A stretch of 64,000 nucleotides of DNA from a virus (taxonomy: Duplodnaviria > Caudoviricetes): IMG/VR virus record IMGVR_UViG_3300033153_010125, positions 1,612 to 65,611 of that record, one strand, 5' to 3'. Of the stretch, positions 1 to 10,433 are shown one piece after another. How positions within the stretch are numbered: position 1 is the stretch's first letter; every line of letters begins with the position of its first letter. The notes below the pieces were generated by a model, which saw nothing but the letters and a program-made list of their open reading frames with translations, ran no database searches and was not told the origin of the DNA. The position numbers and the translations under genes were made by a program.

Positions 1-3000
1 TTAAATGGTGTCAATGGTGCTAATCCAAAAGCGTTGTTTAAGAAATAAGGAAATTTCCTTTTTGGCGCAAACCTAGAAATATAAGTATCCCCTCCAAAAA
101 TAGGATCACAATCTGTTGTTTTATTTACATACCCACAGTACCCTGTAGTAAACCAGTCCACGGAAGATACGCTTCCATACTGTGAGGGTAGATACTGTTT
201 TAAAGATACATACGGTGACCCAGCTCTCCCCACCATTTTTGGGCTTACCCCTTCACCAGTCCATGCTTTCTTACTTGAAGCACCAGGATTTGCTGAAAGA
301 TTATCCCAATTACTGTATGTGCTTGGATAAAAAATTCCATAATTAGCAGCTGACCCTAACCCAACAAATACTGAATCTGACCGATCAACATTATTAATGT
401 TTATAGTATTCCCTGCAGACTCTTGTGCTACACTCCATCTACCCTCCGATAAATATGTTTTAGACGCTATCCCTCGAAGCATACTATTAACTACCGGGTT
501 TTTTAGAAATCTATTATAGTGTCCTATTGTTGTGGAGTAATAAGCAAACTGTTCTGGATGCCCTAGATTACGTAGTGTTTCTATCCACTGTCTCCTATAC
601 TCTAGTGTTTTAAATATCCCTGTAGCAACGGCTATCAAAGCCCCAATAAGAACTATCCCTGTTAACACAATACCTGGTAGTGTCCCTGCTCCTGCTGCTT
701 GCATCCCGAACTCTACCCCTTGGATTAAAAGTTCAAAAACTACCTCAGCAATTGCCAAAGCTGTCGCCAAAAAATACCCTGTAGGTGAAAGTATCACATA
801 TGTTGGATGATCTTCTACTACATCAAAATATGTTTCTGATTCTCCTAATTGATACCCCTCGATCTTCATCTCTGGTGGTAATGTAGGTTTATAGAAACTG
901 GTATCTGGTGAATGGAATGTAAATAGACTATTCCTTATACTCCCACCAATATGTGGTACATTTCCGTTAAGCGCATCTGTTCCTAAAGAGTTTAACGGAA
1001 AGTTTGGATAGAAAACTGTTTCACTGGTGACTTCCTGATATGCGTACATATCAAAAAGTATCCCTTTAGCAATAATAGATTTATCAACACTTCTGTCCCC
1101 TCTAAAGATTTCATACTTATTGATCTTATTTCTTTCCTCTAATGTGATCAGCCCGTTTTTAACAGCTACATCTAAAAATGTTCTAATAACCTCTGGATCT
1201 ACTGAAAACCCTATTGGATAAATAACACTATCTGTAAATGGAGCCGGTGCGTTTAAGTAGTCAGACATAAACGGGATCTTAGTAGAACACGGAAATTTAT
1301 AATGCCTAATAGCTTTATCTCTTAAATCAGTATTATCATTAAGTGTATACGCTCCATTTGCTATCCCTCCTGAAAAATATATCTCAAAATCTTCCTTTAT
1401 TGCCTCCGGAATATCACCTACCTCTATTTCTAAATCTTTAGAGTTATAAAGTTCCCCATTACAAGGATACTTTATCTCTGACTCCCAATATGAAAATTTA
1501 CCATATTTATGTGGAACTGGCTCACAGTCCGTCAATACTGGTACAGTATAACTACATACAGATTTGTATGTAATCCTTTTTCCGAAGGTCAGATTTAGAA
1601 AAGTAATTGCCTCAGCAGTAGGTAGCTCTCTTATAAAGACATTCATACAACTAGTAGGTGGTGTAAGTCTGTACACTCTTCTATCTTCCCTGTCATATGA
1701 AGTAGCCCCATCTGTAGTTGTAATACTAGCTATCCCTGCAAAAGTTGTAGCTATCACCACATAGTCACCATCTGCTGCGATATTTAAACCTTCTACAGAA
1801 AGTATGGTTGCTGCATGTGTACTGACAAAATCAGTAGCAGTGGTTGCTGCATCTGTGTTAAATGTCGCTATATAGGTATTCCCATTAATAATTATCTCAT
1901 TTGGCCCATCACTCAGCATCTCTATTCTCACAAGAGCCTCTTCCACATATGGAGCATCTATTGCTATTACTGCCTCTCCAGTAAAGTCTGCTGATACAAG
2001 TTCTATATACTTAGTAACATCATCTGGTGTTGTCACATCTGTTATGATTCTACTATATGCTGATAGATCAGATGTGCTGCACCCATCAAAAACAGTCATC
2101 CTTACAGAACTTCCTGTATTGTCGTCTTGATTTAAATTAAGTGTGTTAGATATCTCAAATATTGTTACTGGATCTGTTAGAGTGGCTTTAAACCACAGAG
2201 CATTTGTATGTACTTTGTTGCTATACCCTGCCCCTGTAGCAGAAGATGTGTATGTTGTCTGTAAATTAGAAAATGCCCCAGTAGTTCCTTCGTTTTGTAA
2301 AAAGAATGGATTTTGTATAGAGGCTGAAAAATACTCAGGTGGTACAGACGCAGCTGCACAACTTGTATTAGCGTAAGGATCTATCTTACTATTCACGGTT
2401 GCTGTCGCCAACATATACGCATCTATAAACGCAGTGTCCTGCCCTATTGGTAATACAAGTGGCTCACACAAAGCTGGTATGTGTATCCTAACCTGTTCAT
2501 CAAAAGTGGGGCTTGTCGTTGTACTTGTTTCATTATCTGTATCTATGGCTAATATCTCTGCAGAAATCTCTACCCATGGTGCACAGTTGTCTGTAAACCC
2601 TGGTTCACAGTGCCCCGGATAAGCAGCTGGGTTGCTCATAATGGCTTTGATAGCTGCCCACTGTGGATCAGAACTTGCCAATATCTCTGAAGCGTTATTA
2701 TTTATATAGCTGGCAATAGTACCACTTGTATCTATAGTAAGTGTTCCTGATGCAATAGCCGCCACTGTTGAAATCTCTCCCTCTGCCCCTTCTAAATAAC
2801 AAGATAATTCTTCTTCTCTTTCAACTGTTGCTGTAGATCCTGGACTTGCCTCTACAACACAATCCCCTTCTACCACTGCAGTATTCTCATATTGCCACCT
2901 CTTATCCCTAAGATTCTCAGAGCAGTTAGGATTATGTGCATTCACAGAATTCGTATTATTGTCTTCAGGAAACTCCCCACTCCCTAATACCTGCAACTCA

Positions 3001-4349
3001 TATGCTGTAGGTGGACGTGGTACAAATACATAATTTGGTGTTTCATAACCACCTTCCATGTAGAATTTTATAGATAGTGGAACTACCTCATCTCTCATAT
3101 AAGAAAGATATTTAGATACTCCAACACCATCCTTATAAATATCCTCTTTAGCCTGTACAGTAGCCCATTTAACAAATGCTCCTGCTAAGTTGATAACTGG
3201 TTGCAAGTTAAGTTCCTCTTGTGCCTCTAACCCATACTGAAACAGATACCCATTCCCTTCAGCCAATCCTTGTGCATTTTTATAAATAGTTCTCCTACTG
3301 AGAATGTCTCTAAGACTAAGTTTTGGTTTATCTACTAAAGTGGATAATGATACACTATTGTTATCTATTGGATAAATTCCGTACTCATAAACACTTACTG
3401 CTGCATCAAGACCGCTTTTATAAATTACTACAACTTTATAGTATTCATAATTCTTATCCAAATCAGTTACGTTTAAACCTATTGCTAAGTTCGTTTCATA
3501 ATCAAGATTTGTTTGATCTAGTATATTGTTATTTGGATCATGGATGGGGATCATGTTTGTCTTCGAATAGAAGTCTGATATTGTATTCCCGTTGATGTCG
3601 CAATATGCAGCTGTTGCCTCATACATTCCTGCAGGTAAATTTCCCCCACCTTGAATTGTTCTTGGTTCAAGACACAGTTTGTCGTATAAAGGAAAGATTC
3701 TGAGTTTGTCACATTGGAAACAGGTTTCAGTTGTTTCATCTGTACAGTCATCTACATCTATAGTGTATATTTCCAGATTATCTAGTTGTAAATACCTTTG
3801 AGGCTCTTCCCCATCTGTCCAATACATTGTCGCACCCGTAAGTTCGTCTTTGATTATAATGTTGCTCTCGTGAATAGGTTTGTCTATGCTAAAATTTAAA
3901 CAACCTGTGCAAGTTTTTGTAATCTCACAGTAATCAGATATGATAGTAACATATGTGCAAGTGGCTACCTTCTGTGTGTTTTCCAATGGGTTCTCTAAGA
4001 TCACTTGTATATCACAACCACATTCTTCAGACACTGCCTCTAGACTATCTGCATTTTGAATACTGCTGATATACCCTATCTCGGAACATCCTGTCTCAGC
4101 ATTTGCTAAAAAGAAATAAGTTCGGTCCCGTCCTAAGTGAAATTTATGCCCAACGACTTTATAACCATCTTTGAATCCTGAGCAATAGATATTAGAAGGT
4201 TCATTCTGTAAATTTACTTTACCCGTACCATGCTCATCACTAAAATTAGCGTTGAAGGCAAAACTATATTCTGCTTCTGTCATTTCAAAGACACCAGAAG
4301 ACCTGTTCATCCCCTTCTTTGGTGTATTCGCTCCTTTAGCTATTGCCAT
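1..4349 (-). CDS. Tail muzzle / stabilisation protein (crAss-like), >1449 aa, truncated by left window edge
   Basis: Absent from the ORF track (no stop in window). ATG at 4349 gives MAIAKGANTPKKGMNR...NANFSDEHG...LQNEPSN; same frame reads CDPIFGGDTYISRFAPKRKFPYF at the window edge, a motif typical of crAss-like muzzle proteins. Spot-checked, not every codon. Confidence 0.75.
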   Translation of the reverse strand, partial: MAIAKGANTPKKGMNRSSGVFEMTEAEYSFAFNANFSDEHGTGKVNLQNEPSNIYCSGFKDGYKVVGHKFHLGRDRTYFFLANAETGCSEIGYISSIQNADSLEAVSEECGCDIQVILENPLENTQKVATCTYVTIISDYCEITKTCTGCLNFSIDKPIHESNIIIKDELTGATMYWTDGEEPQRYLQLDNLEIYTIDVDDCTDETTETCFQCDKLRIFPLYDKLCLEPRTIQGGGNLPAGMYEATAAYCDINGNTISDFYSKTNMIPIHDPNNNILDQTNLDYETNLAIGLNVTDLDKNYEYYKVVVIYKSGLDAAVSVYEYGIYPIDNNSVSLSTLVDKPKLSLRDILSRRTIYKNAQGLAEGNGYLFQYGLEAQEELNLQPVINLAGAFVKWATVQAKEDIYKDGVGVSKYLSYMRDEVVPLSIKFYMEGGYETPNYVFVPRPPTAYELQVLGSGEFPEDNNTNSVNAHNPNCSENLRDKRWQYENTAVVEGDCVVEASPGSTATVEREEELSCYLEGAEGEISTVAAIASGTLTIDTSGTIASYINNNASEILASSDPQWAAIKAIMSNPAAYPGHCEPGFTDNCAPWVEISAEILAIDTDNETSTTTSPTFDEQVRIHIPALCEPLVLPIGQDTAFIDAYMLATATVNSKIDPYANTSCAAASVPPEYFSASIQNPFFLQNEGTTGAFSNLQTTYTSSATGAGYSNKVHTNALWFKATLTDPVTIFEISNTLNLNQDDNTGSSVRMTVFDGCSTSDLSAYSRIITDVTTPDDVTKYIELVSADFTGEAVIAIDAPYVEEALVRIEMLSDGPNEIIINGNTYIATFNTDAATTATDFVSTHAATILSVEGLNIAADGDYVVIATTFAGIASITTTDGATSYDREDRRVYRLTPPTSCMNVFIRELPTAEAITFLNLTFGKRITYKSVCSYTVPVLTDCEPVPHKYGKFSYWESEIKYPCNGELYNSKDLEIEVGDIPEAIKEDFEIYFSGGIANGAYTLNDNTDLRDKAIRHYKFPCSTKIPFMSDYLNAPAPFTDSVIYPIGFSVDPEVIRTFLDVAVKNGLITLEERNKINKYEIFRGDRSVDKSIIAKGILFDMYAYQEVTSETVFYPNFPLNSLGTDALNGNVPHIGGSIRNSLFTFHSPDTSFYKPTLPPEMKIEGYQLGESETYFDVVEDHPTYVILSPTGYFLATALAIAEVVFELLIQGVEFGMQAAGAGTLPGIVLTGIVLIGALIAVATGIFKTLEYRRQWIETLRNLGHPEQFAYYSTTIGHYNRFLKNPVVNSMLRGIASKTYLSEGRWSVAQESAGNTININNVDRSDSVFVGLGSAANYGIFYPSTYSNWDNLSANPGASSKKAWTGEGVSPKMVGRAGSPYVSLKQYLPSQYGSVSSVDWFTTGYCGYVNKTTDCDPIFGGDTYISRFAPKRKFPYFLNNAFGLAPLTPF

Positions 4350-4379
4350 TTTATTCCTTAGTTTATCTTACAGTGATTT

Positions 4380-5267
4380 TTATCTTCCTCCGTACCCTTT
4401 AATGTTTCCAGTAAATGGTGACTCATATTGCATAGACTCTAATTTGTTGAGCCTACTGATACGTTTAAATGTCTTTGGCTTCAAACTGGTCATCTTGATC
4501 TCATTAGAAGCATTCTTCAATGCAATCCTTTCTTGTGTAGTGTATGTTCCATACAAGCTAGAAAGCCCTACTGCATCATTATTTCCAATCAATCTTTCGG
4601 CTGCTTTTCTCTTAACTCTATATTCCAGGTACTCTTCCAAGTGCCCATTTTTTGTATCAGGTATTTCAATAAGTCCATCCGAATCTACTGGTAAGCCATA
4701 GTACTGCATATAAATATGCCCTTTTGGAAAATTGGCTTGTAATGTATTCCTGATTATAATAATTTCATTCGGATTATCTCTGACTATTTTATTTCTACAC
4801 TCTCTATGACATGCTGTCTTATTGAAAGTTTTTCCTAAAGAGAGTAACTGTGGTTTATCATAATAAAATTCTGCAACCTTCTTTTCTTTAAAATATAAAT
4901 TTTCCTTAACAACTGTTTCAGAGACAGTCTCACAACAAGCTTCGCATTCATTCCACTCTGTTGTTCTGGAGGTTCTCTCTGTATAAACAGTTGAGTCTTG
5001 TAAGTGATGTACCTCTGTAGTTGTTGGATAATATCCAACAGGGTTACATAGGTACGCAAAATAAAGTGTTCTAAAATTTTCTGGTAAGCTAACTTCCCCC
5101 TCTTCCACCTCAACTACGGTCTCATGAAGTTCAAGAATATCATTACCCATTCTTTTGAGTCCCATGACAATATCTCTGTACATAGAGTCTTCATCCAACA
5201 GATGGGCATCAGCGTATTTATTCAAATCACTTTTTACCTCTGCTATTAAACCTTGTGTGTTACTCAT
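4380..5267 (-). CDS. Putative tail ring/tubular protein
   Basis: 295 aa; 'VSLPENFRTL' and 'YYGLPVDSDGLIEIPD' resemble crAss-like ring proteins; directly upstream of the muzzle gene. Confidence 0.55.
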   Translation of the reverse strand: MSNTQGLIAEVKSDLNKYADAHLLDEDSMYRDIVMGLKRMGNDILELHETVVEVEEGEVSLPENFRTLYFAYLCNPVGYYPTTTEVHHLQDSTVYTERTSRTTEWNECEACCETVSETVVKENLYFKEKKVAEFYYDKPQLLSLGKTFNKTACHRECRNKIVRDNPNEIIIIRNTLQANFPKGHIYMQYYGLPVDSDGLIEIPDTKNGHLEEYLEYRVKRKAAERLIGNNDAVGLSSLYGTYTTQERIALKNASNEIKMTSLKPKTFKRISRLNKLESMQYESPFTGNIKGYGGR

Positions 5268-5728
5268 ACTTTCTTCAATGAAAATAAATAATTTCTATAC
5301 TCAAACCCTGATCTAAGTTTTTCTGAGACTCCTGTTTTTATCTTTTGATTAAACTGTTTGTCCATGGTCCAACTGGATCTCATATGCAGCTTACCTGCCA
5401 TTGGAACATATGTTGGTAAAAACATATATTGGTTGGTGTGGTAATTAAAACGCTCCTCTAATTTTTCTCCCTTAATTAAGAGATGGTATGCCATTTTTCT
5501 AGGTGGTTTCCAATTAAAGAAATATCCAAATCCTTTTATGTAAACTCCCCCAGGGCATTCTACTATCCCTGTTGCTACATGTTTACAAAGTGTTTTTAAG
5601 ATCTTACGCATTTCCTCTCGGTCTTCCGCTACATGTTTCTGTGGGATCTTCCCCTCTTTCACATATTTATTATACTCCACATTTGTTTTAGCATCAAGAA
5701 GGTTATATGGTTTTATTACTTTCCTCAC
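5264..5728 (-). CDS. HU/IHF-like DNA-binding protein
   Basis: Basic 154 aa; helix followed by 'GVYIKGFGYF' (HU V-x-I-x-G-F-G-x-F signature); same position as in crAss-like tail modules. Confidence 0.5.
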   Translation of the reverse strand: MRKVIKPYNLLDAKTNVEYNKYVKEGKIPQKHVAEDREEMRKILKTLCKHVATGIVECPGGVYIKGFGYFFNWKPPRKMAYHLLIKGEKLEERFNYHTNQYMFLPTYVPMAGKLHMRSSWTMDKQFNQKIKTGVSEKLRSGFEYRNYLFSLKKV

Positions 5729-6426
5729 TAAGTTGTTGTTTGCGTTTTCTGATGTTCATCCAAATTAGGATTTTCATCCGGCATAGATGTTCTATAAAAA
5801 TTGGCCACTTCCGAAATTGTATCCTGAACAACTAACTCTAAAAACCTATCTGGACATACAAAATCTGCATCCCATACATTTCTACACCCACTATCTTTTG
5901 GGGCACAAGATGAGGTTTGTTCAGCATCATCTCGGTCTATCGCAATCATCTCTATCTCGAGAAGTTCCGCATTTGACTCAGGACAAATTAAGCGTTCATC
6001 CTTGATCGTAAAATATCTAGCTGAGGTATTTCTGTATTTCCTTTTTTTAAGACGAGCGTACTCTTTTGCAGTAACATACTTATACTCTTTCGACTCGTCA
6101 ATATTAGTTACCCTGAGGATGCCTGTTCCACTCTTACCAAAAATAGTTTCTGGTAGCTTGTTACAAGATCTCATAACCCTGTCGCAAAGTTTAAACTCCA
6201 CAATGCCACAATCTTTAGATTGAATCCTCTCCATTGGAAAGCATTCAATCCTGAATTTAATTCCCTCCTCTTTGTTTAAAGAAAGCTCATCCAACTTTTG
6301 ACTCATTAGAAACTTAGCCTTCATTCTAGCAATACTTAGGATATACCTCCAACGTATTGATCCATCTTTTGTAACGAATCTTCCTCCATTTATTACTCTA
6401 GAAACTACTTCCCTGTTTGTTGACAT
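5728..6426 (-). CDS. Putative ring/structural protein
   Basis: Start moved to ATG 6426 (MSTNREVV), 5 nt after a TAGCTTTG promoter box; resembles crAss-like ring proteins. Confidence 0.55.
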   Translation of the reverse strand: MSTNREVVSRVINGGRFVTKDGSIRWRYILSIARMKAKFLMSQKLDELSLNKEEGIKFRIECFPMERIQSKDCGIVEFKLCDRVMRSCNKLPETIFGKSGTGILRVTNIDESKEYKYVTAKEYARLKKRKYRNTSARYFTIKDERLICPESNAELLEIEMIAIDRDDAEQTSSCAPKDSGCRNVWDADFVCPDRFLELVVQDTISEVANFYRTSMPDENPNLDEHQKTQTTT

Positions 6427-6431
6427 AATTA

Positions 6432-6476
6432 CAAAGCTAATAAAAATCGAAATATTTGAAAAATAGATTAGAAAAA
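6432..6476 (-). promoter_or_regulatory. Late-class promoter (TCTAAT box + TAGCTTTG)
   Basis: Minus strand TTTTTCTAATCTATTTTTC...TAGCTTTG; TCTAAT begins 33 nt before the -7 box. Confidence 0.75.
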
Positions 6477-6483
6477 CTCCCAT

Positions 6484-6516
6484 AAAAAAGGCCCCCGATA
6501 AAAATACCGAGGGCCT
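6484..6516 (-). terminator. Intrinsic terminator
   Basis: Minus strand AGGCCCTCGGTA-loop-TATCGGGGGCC then T6. Confidence 0.8.
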
Positions 6517-6544
6517 ATGAGATAGTTAGAAAAACCAACTAAAA

Positions 6545-6784
6545 CTAACTATCAGCCTTTTCCGCTTCTTTTACCTCTTCTACTGTAGACTTCTCTTCAG
6601 TCTTTTCCTCTTCAGAGGTTTCTGGTTTAGCCTTTGCTTCTGCCATTGCTTGTTTCTCAATAGCCGCTGCTTGTTGCACAATACTGTCCATGATTGGTCT
6701 CACGGCATCATGTGGTTGTGCTCCTAATGCTTTTAAGACGCTATTCACCTCATCTGCACTTCTAAATTTAATTGTGTACTCCAT
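6545..6784 (-). CDS. Small fibre-associated hypothetical protein
   Basis: 79 aa after the tail fibre; acidic tail; TATATTTG box at 6820-6827. Confidence 0.6.
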   Translation of the reverse strand: MEYTIKFRSADEVNSVLKALGAQPHDAVRPIMDSIVQQAAAIEKQAMAEAKAKPETSEEEKTEEKSTVEEVKEAEKADS

Positions 6785-6833
6785 ACTATGGTTTTTTATT
6801 TATTTATTATTAGTTGTTACAAATATATACTTT

Positions 6834-9800
6834 TTATGCGAATCCTTGAATATATGATCCTAAATAATTTGTTCCATCATAGTAGAGCCTGATTAAATCT
6901 ATGAAATTATCAGTCGCTGATATAACAGGTGCCCCAATTGCTCCTTCCCAAAACACAGTTCCTGGCCAAGTGATGTTATTACCCCCTGATCCTTGGATAA
7001 CTTTAATAGCGTACCAAGCTCCTGCCTTAGGATTACTTAATGTTAATGTTACTGTTCCAGTTGATGGCTCCATATCAAGTACAGTATGATTTCCTTCATC
7101 CCAATCGATAGTGGCTGTAGTTGTTCCTACGGTATCTGTTGTTTGAGCAACATACATTTGCCCTCCAGTAATCTCCAATAACGCATCTGGTGCAAATGTT
7201 CCTAATCCGTTAAGTGGTGCATTTGTTAGGAACCCATAATTAGTCGTTGCCCCAGAGATATCTAAATAAACTCCGTAGTGGGTTGTTCCTCCCTCATTCA
7301 TTACAACCCTTGCTCCATATTTAGTAGGAGTGGTTCCACCAAAGTCTACATCTATTCCGTATCCTGTACCTGATGTAAAGGTCGTATCAAAATCTACTTT
7401 AACTCCATACCCTGTACCAGACGCTTGATCCCCAGACAGTATAATATTTTGACCGTACTTGTTCGCTGTGTTAGTTTGTACATTTTCAAAATAAGAAGCA
7501 TATGTACTTGTTGCACTAGTACTTGCACTGTTGGATGTATGCCCATATGTTGCTATGTCTGCTAGAGAGGGTGTTGTTGTTGTTCCCCACGTATATGAAG
7601 CTTGTCCTACATTTCTAGTAGATGAGTTTCTTGCGAGAACTTTTACCCCCCAGTTTGTTCCTGATGTACTCCCTGAAACATCAATGTCTACCCCAGCATT
7701 TTCTGCTGTTCCTGAATTACTAGCACTAACTAAAATTGCTTTTTTACTACCTGTTGTAGCACCTGAACTTTGAACATGTAATTTTCCTGATGGACCTGCT
7801 GTTCCTATACCAACACTATCTGTTGCTGCATCTATAACAAGTACGTTAAATAAAGTATCCCCATGAAAACTAATAGCATGAGGTTGTCTAGTATTATTAA
7901 ATACAAGAGCTGCTCCTAATGTAACATCTGTAGCTATTGCTACAGTACCAGAACCATCATAAATACCATCTCCACTAGCAATTACCCAATCCGCATTTCC
8001 TAATGCATCCGTTGATTGAAGTACATACCCAGCGGCTGGAGTAGTTGTAAGGTTAGCAAGTCTAAATGAACTATTAAATGTTGCAGGACCGGTGACGGCT
8101 GTACCAGTCGCAGTAAAATCTAGGTATGCAGTACTTCCGCTACCAAATCCTATTTTGGTAGATGTTGTTCCCATATCTATCCAACCCTCAGCAAATCCGA
8201 GATTATCTGTTGTTACGAAAATCTGGTTTGAGTTCAAACTTATGTTTGATTGGCCATTTGTTATTGCTATATTTGCATCAGCTGTTGTTTTAGTAACTGT
8301 GAAAGCTTGGATTGCTCCAGCATATACGTCAATTGCTATGTCGCCATTTGATGCTCCACCTGTTCTTTTGAATGTTCCTGAATTAGTGAACTCAAGATCA
8401 AAGGCACCTGATACAGTTGTATTAACAGTAAGTGATCCTGAACCATCATAGATTCCATCTCCTGTAGCTGCTGGTATATCTGTTAAGAAAGCGAGTGTTC
8501 CATCACCATCTTGTAATGTCCAAGTTCTAGCAACTGTAAGTAATGGAGCGTTAGTTAATACACCTGCATTTGCATTTACATTATCATTAAAATATAATGA
8601 TTGACTTGCAACACTTGCTCTTGTAAGCTGAACAAGACTGTAGATTGCAACACCTGCACCACCATACATGTTTACTTCATCTGCATTTATTTCTATATAA
8701 GCTCCATCTCCACTTTCGGCTTTGAAGTTAGTATTAACAAACTGTATAAGATTTTCATTACCAGTTACGGTTCTATTACCCGTAATAGAGTCATCTGCAC
8801 TATATAAAGTATTAGCAGCTGCTGGTATATCACTTAGCAAAGCAACGGTTCCGTTTACATCAGTTGGAAGTAAAAGTGTGAAGTTTGTACTTGGTGTAGC
8901 TGGTACTGGAAAGCTAAGTATTGTTTGTCCTTCTCCCACTGAACCTCCTTGTCTGTAAACACCTGAGTCTCCATCAAGCACCATACTATCTCCACTTGCG
9001 GTAAACGTAGACGTTACAACCCCTGAATTAATAGTTATTAAACCTGTCGTATCAGAGAAATTTACAAATGAGAAGTTACTTGCACTTTGATCAAAGGTTA
9101 AGCTATTGGACCCCATTGTGACAGTTCTGCTTCCAGTCAGAGATCCATCATTAGTATACAGACTTCCTCCACCTACTAACTGGTAAGCAGCTCCATCCCA
9201 AAAATAAACTATGTCTGTATCATCTGTTACATAAAAGATATCCGGGTCACCAGATACTGGTAAAGATGCAAAATCTGTTACATGTTGAATATTTACTTCT
9301 GATCCAAAAGTTCTCCATGCTCCACCTTCGTAGAACCTGAAGTGATCATCAGTTGTATCATATTTAACCATCCCAGCAATACCTACTGTAACGTTTCCAT
9401 CTGGGTTTGCGTCTGATGGTGCAATCCAAGCACCGTCAGGATCTGTTACATTTACAATACTGTTACCTGCCCCTGTTGAGGTATTTGTCTTACCTGCTGA
9501 GGTCTCCGAAGAAGCCCCTACTACAGAAACAGTCTTGTTTCCACCAATAATTTCATCTGCATCCCCTGCAGTTACTAAATCATATGTTGCTGTCGAAATA
9601 GTGTATGCTAAAATGCCTGTAAAAGTCAAGTTGTTACTTCCTCCACTAACTGTTCTGTTTCCTGTAAGTGCTCCATCAACTGCATAGAAGTTTGAAAAAA
9701 CTCCAGACAGTGGTATATATGCAACACCATCCCAAAAATAAACTAGTTGAGAATCATCAGCAATGTAGAGAATGTCCATATCCCCTGTTCCTGGAAAGCT

Positions 9801-10424
9801 TCCTAATGTAGCTTCATGTTGAATGTTTGGTAAAGATATTGGTGTATACGCAGCTCCGTCCCATAGGAAGGCCTCATTTACATCATCAGCTAAATAAATA
9901 ACTCCTAAAGATCCTGTGCCTGGAAAAGCAGCTTCGTTGGCATAATTAATAACTTCATCTAATATTGCATCCTCAAGATTTAATTGGATAGCCATGAAAT
10001 CGGATGCTGTAGCTGCTGTATCCACTAGCGCAATTAAAACATCTCCTGCATCAAGTTCATCTGATCCTGAAGCAAGTCCTACAATTGTTCCTGCTACAGT
10101 AATTCGCCAAGTATCTCCTGCCTCTATCGATAAATCCGCTGCTCCTAAATCATCAACACCTGATCCTTGTGTAGGTATCAATCCTCCAGATGCATCATGC
10201 CCCCCTGGTATTAATGATCCAAATTTATTTAAGTCATCTATATTAGCTATTTGACGTACTTGCCCACCACTATAGTGATACACATGGTCATCTGTTGTCA
10301 GTTGCCATGCACGTCCTTCAAAAAGGTCTCCTCCTGTTGGATGGGCCGCTAATTTCTCAATAGAAAAATTCTGTATCTCTTGTTGATTAAAATCCTGATC
10401 AACGTATGTGTTTTTCTTAGCCAT
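6834..10424 (-). CDS. Tail fibre / receptor-binding protein
   Basis: 1196 aa Gly/Thr/Ser-rich; repeats FPGTG..IY.ADD..WDGAAY (x3), LY..DGSLTG.RTV, GDGIYDGSG (x2), VGIGT..P..KLHV; C-terminal 'IDWDEGN...TLTLSNP...IQGSGG..ITWP' fibre-tip domain. Confidence 0.8.
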   Translation of the reverse strand: MAKKNTYVDQDFNQQEIQNFSIEKLAAHPTGGDLFEGRAWQLTTDDHVYHYSGGQVRQIANIDDLNKFGSLIPGGHDASGGLIPTQGSGVDDLGAADLSIEAGDTWRITVAGTIVGLASGSDELDAGDVLIALVDTAATASDFMAIQLNLEDAILDEVINYANEAAFPGTGSLGVIYLADDVNEAFLWDGAAYTPISLPNIQHEATLGSFPGTGDMDILYIADDSQLVYFWDGVAYIPLSGVFSNFYAVDGALTGNRTVSGGSNNLTFTGILAYTISTATYDLVTAGDADEIIGGNKTVSVVGASSETSAGKTNTSTGAGNSIVNVTDPDGAWIAPSDANPDGNVTVGIAGMVKYDTTDDHFRFYEGGAWRTFGSEVNIQHVTDFASLPVSGDPDIFYVTDDTDIVYFWDGAAYQLVGGGSLYTNDGSLTGSRTVTMGSNSLTFDQSASNFSFVNFSDTTGLITINSGVVTSTFTASGDSMVLDGDSGVYRQGGSVGEGQTILSFPVPATPSTNFTLLLPTDVNGTVALLSDIPAAANTLYSADDSITGNRTVTGNENLIQFVNTNFKAESGDGAYIEINADEVNMYGGAGVAIYSLVQLTRASVASQSLYFNDNVNANAGVLTNAPLLTVARTWTLQDGDGTLAFLTDIPAATGDGIYDGSGSLTVNTTVSGAFDLEFTNSGTFKRTGGASNGDIAIDVYAGAIQAFTVTKTTADANIAITNGQSNISLNSNQIFVTTDNLGFAEGWIDMGTTSTKIGFGSGSTAYLDFTATGTAVTGPATFNSSFRLANLTTTPAAGYVLQSTDALGNADWVIASGDGIYDGSGTVAIATDVTLGAALVFNNTRQPHAISFHGDTLFNVLVIDAATDSVGIGTAGPSGKLHVQSSGATTGSKKAILVSASNSGTAENAGVDIDVSGSTSGTNWGVKVLARNSSTRNVGQASYTWGTTTTPSLADIATYGHTSNSASTSATSTYASYFENVQTNTANKYGQNIILSGDQASGTGYGVKVDFDTTFTSGTGYGIDVDFGGTTPTKYGARVVMNEGGTTHYGVYLDISGATTNYGFLTNAPLNGLGTFAPDALLEITGGQMYVAQTTDTVGTTTATIDWDEGNHTVLDMEPSTGTVTLTLSNPKAGAWYAIKVIQGSGGNNITWPGTVFWEGAIGAPVISATDNFIDLIRLYYDGTNYLGSYIQGFA

Positions 10425-10433
10425 TTCTATTTA

